A stretch of 64,000 nt of DNA. It comes from Steroidobacteraceae bacterium (GTDB taxonomy: Bacteria > Pseudomonadota > Gammaproteobacteria > Steroidobacterales > Steroidobacteraceae). A program made the translations under genes and the position numbers. A model generated the notes under the pieces. The model ran no database searches, was not told where the DNA came from, and saw only the letters and a program-made list of their open reading frames with translations. The stretch lies in assembly GCA_049425405.1 (NCBI GenBank), contig JBMSXG010000001.1, positions 104,812 through 168,811 of the forward strand, in the 5' to 3' direction. Shown piece after piece: positions 58,574-64,000 of this stretch (positions within the stretch are counted from its first letter, which is position 1; each line of letters begins with the position of its first letter).

Positions 58574-59610
58574 TTGGCGCGCTGCACGAAGTGCTGGAAG
58601 GCCTCGCGCTTATCTTTGGGCAGCACGTCGGCGTAGCCATTTGGCGCATAGCGCTCGACGTACTGCTCGAGCACGGGCCGGTACAGGTGCAGGTGCAGAT
58701 CGGGAATGCAATGCTTCGCGCGGAAGGCACCGATCGGGATCATCGCCGACTCGCGACACTCGAACGGGCCGGCCTTGCACAGCACCACGCCGCGCGGGCC
58801 GAAGATCGACGAGCGACCGGGCCCACCGTAACCAGCGTCCTCGAAAAATCCGGGATTGCGCTCGTGTGTGGCCACCGAGTTGTTGGTGATGAGCGTGTAG
58901 AGGCTGTTGTGGTAGGAAGTCAGGCGCATGTCATCCCACTCGAAGCCGCCGGTGGCCACGCGACAGATGATCTCGGCCCCCTTGAACGCCATGCAACGAA
59001 ATAGCTCGGGTTCGAACTGAACCGCTGACATCGCGATGTTGCCGATGTCGGTCCGTTCGATCGGGATGACGGCATCGAGGCCGTACATCTCGACGAAGCG
59101 GTCGTAGACGTCGTAGATCGTCGAGGTGTACTGCTCTGCGCCCGGAAACATGCCGCGCACGTTGCGCTGCTTCCAGTGCGAAACGACGCTGCCGTCAGGC
59201 TTGCACATCACCATCAGATGCAGGATGTGCCCGGGCCAGCGGCGCGGGTCTTTAGCGTAGGTACCGAAGACGATGTAGCAGTTGTACTGGCGCGCCTTCT
59301 TCGCGACTTCCTCAACCTCGGGTCCCGGCACTTCGAGCGCGAGCGCGTAGTGTTCCTCGCGCGTCCAGTTTGTGAACCCGGTGATAGGGAATTCATGGAA
59401 CAGCAGCAGATCGCAGCGGCCGCCGTAGCCCTGTGCCATGTCGATGCATTCCAAAAAATAGTCGAGATTGCGTCGCAGCCCGGGCGCAGGGTTTTTCCCA
59501 TCGACCCCCTGGACGCGGGTCTGCACCACCGCGGCGTGAAGCATTTCCTGGCGCAGCGGCACGGTCGCATAGGTGCCGTCGGGGCGGACCATCGGTTCGG
59601 GCGTCGTCAT
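58555..59610 (-). CDS. carbon-nitrogen hydrolase superfamily protein, aliphatic-amidase/formamidase-like, apparently lacking the nucleophile Cys
   Basis: Colinear with P. aeruginosa AmiE by eye: DLLLFHEFPITG (Glu), SHWKQRN (Lys), KGAEIICRVATG. Start ATG 59610 has GGAG 8 nt upstream. ORF-track 60108 start rejected. Confidence 0.8.
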   Translation of the reverse strand: MTTPEPMVRPDGTYATVPLRQEMLHAAVVQTRVQGVDGKNPAPGLRRNLDYFLECIDMAQGYGGRCDLLLFHEFPITGFTNWTREEHYALALEVPGPEVEEVAKKARQYNCYIVFGTYAKDPRRWPGHILHLMVMCKPDGSVVSHWKQRNVRGMFPGAEQYTSTIYDVYDRFVEMYGLDAVIPIERTDIGNIAMSAVQFEPELFRCMAFKGAEIICRVATGGFEWDDMRLTSYHNSLYTLITNNSVATHERNPGFFEDAGYGGPGRSSIFGPRGVVLCKAGPFECRESAMIPIGAFRAKHCIPDLHLHLYRPVLEQYVERYAPNGYADVLPKDKREAFQHFVQRAKWQHYW

Positions 59611-59627
59611 GGTCAGATCTCCAGAGT

Positions 59628-61499
59628 TCAGGCGGAGCGGCGCTTTAAATGCACGAGCAGGACCGACACAGCGGCGGGAGTGATGCCGGGCAGACGCGAC
59701 GCCTGGCCCAGGGTGTCGGGCCGCGAGGCCGCCAGACGCTGGCGCACCTCGGTCGAGAGGCCCGCAACGCTGCCGTAATCGAGATCGTGGGGCAGCGGCA
59801 GCGTCTCGTGCTTGCGCTGTCGTGCGATTTCCTCGCGCTGCCGTTCGATGTAGCCGGCGTACTTGGCTCGCACCTCGACTTGCAGGCGTACCGCCTCGGG
59901 CAGCCGATCGTCGAGGGCGGCGAGGGTGGGCATCGGGTCGGTGTCCGCGAAGCCCGGCCACTCCTCCCCAAGTCGGCGCAGCGTGGGGTAGTCCAGCTCG
60001 GGCCGGCGCAGCAGATCGAAGGCCGAGACGCCGCCCTCGGATTTGACCCGATAGCGTTCCAGTCGCCGCACCTCGGCCTCGGCCCCCTCGCGCTTGGCCT
60101 CGAACCACCGCCAGCGCGTCTCATCGATGAGACCCATCTGGCGAGCGATGGGGGTGAGGCGCAGATCCGCATTGTCCTCACGGAGCAACAGCCGGTGCTC
60201 GGCCCGGCTGGTGAACATGCGATAGGGCTCGCTCGCACCGCGGGTGGTCAGATCATCGATCAGTACGCCGAGGTAGGCCTCGTCCCGACCGGGCACCCAC
60301 GGCGCCTGGCCCTGCACCCGTCGGGCGGCGTTGATGCCGGCCACGATGCCCTGGGCCCCGGCCTCCTCGTAGCCCGTGGTGCCGTTGATCTGACCGGCGA
60401 ACCAGAGCCCCTCCACCACCCGGGTCTCCAGCGAAGCATGTAGGTCGCGCGGGTCGAAGAAGTCGTACTCGATGGCGTAGCCCGGACGGGTGAGATGGGC
60501 GTTCTCGAAGCCGCGAATCGTGCGCACGAATTCGACCTGCACATCGTAGGGCAGGCTGGTCGAGATGCCGTTCGGATAGACCTCGTGGGTGTGCAGTCCC
60601 TCGGGCTCGACGAAGATCTGGTGCGAGCTCTTGTCGGCGAAGCGATGCACCTTGTCCTCGACCGACGGACAGTAGCGGGGACCCACGCCCTCGATGCGTC
60701 CCGTGAACATCGGCGAGCGATCACAGCCCGCGCGGATGAGTGCATGAGTCTGCTCATTTGTCTCTGTAATGAAACAAGGAAGCTGTTTAGGATGATCAGT
60801 GACTCTCCCGAGAAACGAAAACACGGGGCGCGGGTCATCCGAGTACTGCGGCGCCATCACCGAAAAGTCGAGGCTGCGGCCATCGATCCGAGGTGGTGTC
60901 CCGGTCTTCAGCCGACCCACCCGAGGGGCCCATTCGCGCAGTCGAGCCGCCAACACATTCGATGGCGGATCGCCCGCTCTTCCACCCGCCGACTGCTCGA
61001 GACCGACGTGGATTCGACCCCCAAGGAAGGTCCCTGCGGTGAGCACGATGGCGGGGGCTTCGAAGCGAATGCCGCTGGCCGTCACGGCGCCGCGAACCCG
61101 CGCGCCCTCGAGCAGGAGGTCGGCGACTTCTTGCTGGAAGATCGACAGGTTCGGCTGGTTCTCGAGCTGCTGGCGGATGGCCTGCTTGTAGAGCTGTCGG
61201 TCGGCCTGCGCCCGGGTCGCTCGAACCGCCGGACCCTTGCTCGCATTGAGGGTCCGGAATTGGATACCCGCTCGATCGACCGCCCGGGCCATCGCCCCTC
61301 CGAGGGCATCGATTTCGCGAACGAGGTGTCCCTTGCCGATCCCGCCGAAGGCCGGGTTGCAACTCATCTGGCCCAGGGTCTCGATGTTCTGGGTCAGCAG
61401 CAGGGTCCGGCAGCCGAGCCGCGCGGCCGCGAGGGCGGCCTCGGTGCCGGCATGGCCACCACCGATGACGATGACATCGTAAACCTGTGCGCTTCGCAT
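59628..61499 (-). CDS. mnmG: tRNA uridine 5-carboxymethylaminomethyl modification enzyme MnmG
   Basis: [26 protein letters not shown] motif directly after ATG 61499. 623 aa. [16 protein letters not shown]. Confidence 0.95.
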   Translation of the reverse strand: MRSAQVYDVIVIGGGHAGTEAALAAARLGCRTLLLTQNIETLGQMSCNPAFGGIGKGHLVREIDALGGAMARAVDRAGIQFRTLNASKGPAVRATRAQADRQLYKQAIRQQLENQPNLSIFQQEVADLLLEGARVRGAVTASGIRFEAPAIVLTAGTFLGGRIHVGLEQSAGGRAGDPPSNVLAARLREWAPRVGRLKTGTPPRIDGRSLDFSVMAPQYSDDPRPVFSFLGRVTDHPKQLPCFITETNEQTHALIRAGCDRSPMFTGRIEGVGPRYCPSVEDKVHRFADKSSHQIFVEPEGLHTHEVYPNGISTSLPYDVQVEFVRTIRGFENAHLTRPGYAIEYDFFDPRDLHASLETRVVEGLWFAGQINGTTGYEEAGAQGIVAGINAARRVQGQAPWVPGRDEAYLGVLIDDLTTRGASEPYRMFTSRAEHRLLLREDNADLRLTPIARQMGLIDETRWRWFEAKREGAEAEVRRLERYRVKSEGGVSAFDLLRRPELDYPTLRRLGEEWPGFADTDPMPTLAALDDRLPEAVRLQVEVRAKYAGYIERQREEIARQRKHETLPLPHDLDYGSVAGLSTEVRQRLAASRPDTLGQASRLPGITPAAVSVLLVHLKRRSA

Positions 61500-61550
61500 G
61501 ATTTCAGTCGGGGCTGTCGGTCGGGCGCCGTATTGTAGTCTCGCTCGCCT

Positions 61551-63311
61551 ATGACGCCATCGATCTGTCCCCGGCCCCTCGGCCGACGCCTGTGGCCCTG
61601 GTTGGTACTGCTGCTGATCCGCGACGGCCAGGCCCTCGAGATCCTGCTGCCCCCCGCGCCGCGGGCCCCGCCGGAGCAGGGCCGGCTGTTGGTATTCGCC
61701 GCGCCCGAGTCGCAAGCCGCCGAGCGCGAACCGCGCGAACTCGCCAGTTGGGACGAGGGAGCGATCCCGTTCTTCGGTCTCGACGTGACGGACTGGCGGG
61801 CCGGTACGCCGCGCACGGTCGATGCCGCGGCCTTCGGTTTCCCGCTGCGCTCGATGGCCGAGCTGCCGGCGGGCCGCTACCGGGTGCAGGCCGTGCTGCA
61901 TCGTTACGAGACCTTTCGGCTCGGCGATGGGCGGGTGCTGCAGCTGCCGGCGGATCGGGGTGAGGGGCAGCAGTGGCGTTACAAACCGGGCAATCGTCAC
62001 TCGCGCCCGATGCTGCTCGAGTGGGACGGGCAGCGTTGGCTCACGACGGGCGGCAGCGCGCGACCGGTACCGCGACTCATCTTGAGCGAGGTGTTGCCCG
62101 AGATAGCACCCTTCGTCGAGACGCCCTGGGTCAAACAGGTTCGGGTTCGCAGCGAGCGACTCTCCCGATTCTGGGGTCGGGATATTGAACTCGCGGCATT
62201 CGTGACTTTGCCTTGGGGCTTCGCGGCCCATCCGACGGCACGCTACCCGCTCGTGATCCACCACGGGCACTTTCCCGCGGGACCAAGCGGCTGGCGCGAG
62301 CGTCCGCCCGAGCCAGATCTCCAACCTGACTTCAACGAGCGCTTCCAACTCGCCGGGTACAACCGACTGCAGCAACAGGCGGCTTGGGAGTTTTTCCAGA
62401 CTTGGCAATCGCCGGGTTTTCCGCGCGCGCTGCTGGTCGAGATCCAGCATCCGACGCCCTACTACGACGACTCCTACGGAGTGAACTCGGCGAACAACGG
62501 TCCATATGGTGATGCGATCCAGTACGAGCTCATCCCAGAAATCGAGCGGCGTTTCCGTGGCATCGGCGCCGGTTGGGCGCGCTTCGTGTTTGGTGGTAGC
62601 ACCGGCGGCTGGACGGCGATGGCCACGCAAATCTTTTACCCCGATGAATACAACGGCGCCTGGGTCGCCTGCCCCGATCCGATCGATTTCCGTCACTTCA
62701 CCGTCGTGAACTTGTACGAGGATCGCAACGCCTACACGCTGGCTAACCCATTCAAGCGCACCCGTCGACCGGGGCATCGCAACGCTCTTGGGCACGTGAG
62801 CGCGACGATTGAGGAGCAGAACCTGTACGAACTCGCCCTCGGCACACGGAGTCGCTCCGGTGATCAGTGGGACGCGTGGGAATCGGTGTTCAGTCCCGTC
62901 GGTCCCGACGGCTATCCGCGACGCGTGTGGGATCGGCTCACTGGAGAGATCGACCCAGTGACGGTGGCGCACTGGCGCGAGCACTACGATCTCGCTCATA
63001 TCTTGCAGCGCGATTGGGCAACGCTCGGCCCGAAGCTGCGCGGCAAGCTACGTCTATACGTCGGCGATATGGACAACTACTACCTCAACAACGCGGTGTA
63101 CGCGGTCGAGCAGTTCCTCCGTAGCGCACAACCGGCGGCAGATGCCGTGGTTGACTACGGCGATCGGGCCGAGCATTGCTGGAACGGCGATCACAGTCGG
63201 CCGAACGCATTGTCGCGCCTGCGTTATCCGCAGATGGTATTGCCTTGGGCGCTTGAGCGGATGATTGCGACGGCCCCGGCAGGGGCGGATGTGCGCAGCT
63301 GGCGGTACTAA
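61551..63311 (+). CDS. secreted esterase-like (alpha/beta-hydrolase-type) protein of unknown specificity
   Basis: N-terminal signal-like [24 protein letters not shown] nucleophile-elbow-like G-x-S-x-G. Plus-strand frame preferred over the antisense extension of mnmG. Confidence 0.6.
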   Translation: MTPSICPRPLGRRLWPWLVLLLIRDGQALEILLPPAPRAPPEQGRLLVFAAPESQAAEREPRELASWDEGAIPFFGLDVTDWRAGTPRTVDAAAFGFPLRSMAELPAGRYRVQAVLHRYETFRLGDGRVLQLPADRGEGQQWRYKPGNRHSRPMLLEWDGQRWLTTGGSARPVPRLILSEVLPEIAPFVETPWVKQVRVRSERLSRFWGRDIELAAFVTLPWGFAAHPTARYPLVIHHGHFPAGPSGWRERPPEPDLQPDFNERFQLAGYNRLQQQAAWEFFQTWQSPGFPRALLVEIQHPTPYYDDSYGVNSANNGPYGDAIQYELIPEIERRFRGIGAGWARFVFGGSTGGWTAMATQIFYPDEYNGAWVACPDPIDFRHFTVVNLYEDRNAYTLANPFKRTRRPGHRNALGHVSATIEEQNLYELALGTRSRSGDQWDAWESVFSPVGPDGYPRRVWDRLTGEIDPVTVAHWREHYDLAHILQRDWATLGPKLRGKLRLYVGDMDNYYLNNAVYAVEQFLRSAQPAADAVVDYGDRAEHCWNGDHSRPNALSRLRYPQMVLPWALERMIATAPAGADVRSWRY

Positions 63312-63314
63312 CGA

Positions 63315-64000
63315 CTACTTGCGCCAGAACGCAGCGGTGAAGAGCACCAACACGCTGAAGATCTCAAGTCGGCCGAGCAGCATCGCCAGCGTACAGATCC
63401 AGGTCTGTAGATCTGTGAGCCCCTGGTAGGTTCCTGCGGGTCCTGTCTGTCCGATACCCGGCCCCAGGTTGTTCATGCTTGCCAGGACTGATGAGAAAGC
63501 GGTGTCAAGCTCGAGCCCTGTCAGCAGCATCGCAAACGTCAGTACCGCTATCGTTTGGAAATAGAGAAAAATAAATGCCAGTACCGAGGCCGCTATGCGC
63601 TCGGGCACGACCTGGCCGCCGATCCGTACGGGTAGGACGGCCGAGGGATGTACCAGTTGTTTCATTTCGCGCCCTGCTTGTGCGATCAGCAGTAGGGTGC
63701 GAAACATCTTGATGCCACCGCCGGTCGATCCGGTGCTACAGATGAAACAAGATAGGAAGAGCATCCACACCGGAACAAAGATTGGCCACGCATCGTAATT
63801 GTCGGTCGCGAACCCCGTCGTCGTGGCGACTGACACCACATTGAAGGCGGCATGACGTAGCGCGTCCCCCCAGCTGCTAAAGACGCCAGAAATGACGAGG
63901 AAGGCAGTGATCGCGAGCACACTTGCTCCGAGCAGCAGCAGAATCACCCGACCCTCCGCATCTTGCCGATAAGGCGCGAACGAGCGTTGCCGGATCGCAG
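63315..64000 (-). CDS. trkH: TrkH-family potassium uptake protein, C-terminal part (gene continues right of window)
   Basis: SVATTTGFAT, STGSTGGGIK, MNNLGPGIG selectivity-filter-like repeats. Frame stays open from 63948 to the window edge. Confidence 0.85.
   Translation of the reverse strand, partial: AIRQRSFAPYRQDAEGRVILLLLGASVLAITAFLVISGVFSSWGDALRHAAFNVVSVATTTGFATDNYDAWPIFVPVWMLFLSCFICSTGSTGGGIKMFRTLLLIAQAGREMKQLVHPSAVLPVRIGGQVVPERIAASVLAFIFLYFQTIAVLTFAMLLTGLELDTAFSSVLASMNNLGPGIGQTGPAGTYQGLTDLQTWICTLAMLLGRLEIFSVLVLFTAAFWRK

Noticed and set aside
58555-60108. 517-aa version of the CN-hydrolase ORF
   Set aside because: The extra 166 N-terminal residues are Arg/Ala/Gly-rich and overlap the 3' end of mnmG in another frame. 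Homology to amidases begins after ATG 59610, which has a GGAG Shine-Dalgarno.
59628-62999. 1123-aa minus-strand ORF suggesting a giant MnmG with a 500-residue N-terminal extension
   Set aside because: The conserved MnmG FAD-binding N-terminus ([15 protein letters not shown]) starts right after ATG 61499, giving the normal 623 aa. The upstream 500 codons are Arg/Pro/Gly-rich with no recognisable motif, and lie antisense to a plausible plus-strand gene. Long open antisense frames are expected at this GC content.

Overview
GC-rich, very gene-dense chromosomal window covering the replication-origin neighbourhood of what looks like a gammaproteobacterial genome. gyrB-recF-dnaN-dnaA on the minus strand faces rpmH-rnpA-yidD-yidC-mnmE on the plus strand. 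Left to right: a POT transporter fragment and an OPT peptide transporter; several small membrane proteins; the conserved envC-ctpA-dedA / yibN-grxC-secB-gpsA block; trmL; a class-1B-type pyrD; an MscS channel; a complete glycogen cluster (glgP-glgB-glgX-malQ divergent from glgC-glgA); glnA-ntrB-ntrC; an MFS transporter; glyQ-glyS-plsC; a Host_attach-like protein; rbsK-argG; the dnaA region; a complete Tad/Flp pilus locus (flp to tadD) plus a Crp-family regulator; an amidase-like CN-hydrolase with a membrane partner; mnmG; a secreted esterase-like protein; and a trkH fragment. I saw no rRNA or tRNA genes, CRISPR arrays, IS elements, integrases or recognisable defence genes, and I cannot honestly point to a convincing new multi-gene system. 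Most worth a second look: (1) recF, and probably rnpA, have no ATG/GTG/TTG upstream of their conserved N-terminal motifs, and instead have a CTG embedded in the upstream gene's stop (CTGA). (2) An aliphatic-amidase-like CN-hydrolase appears to carry Ser where the catalytic Cys should be. (3) The Tad locus sits between mnmE and an inverted mnmG that lacks rsmG-parAB, and its TadZ/CpaE lacks the Walker-A lysine. (4) The AT-rich dnaA-dnaN spacer is a candidate oriC. (5) The yibN operon looks leaderless. (6) Seven of eight convergent gene pairs have 3 bp or less between their stops, or overlap. All calls come from reading the sequence and ORF translations by eye; no searches were run.
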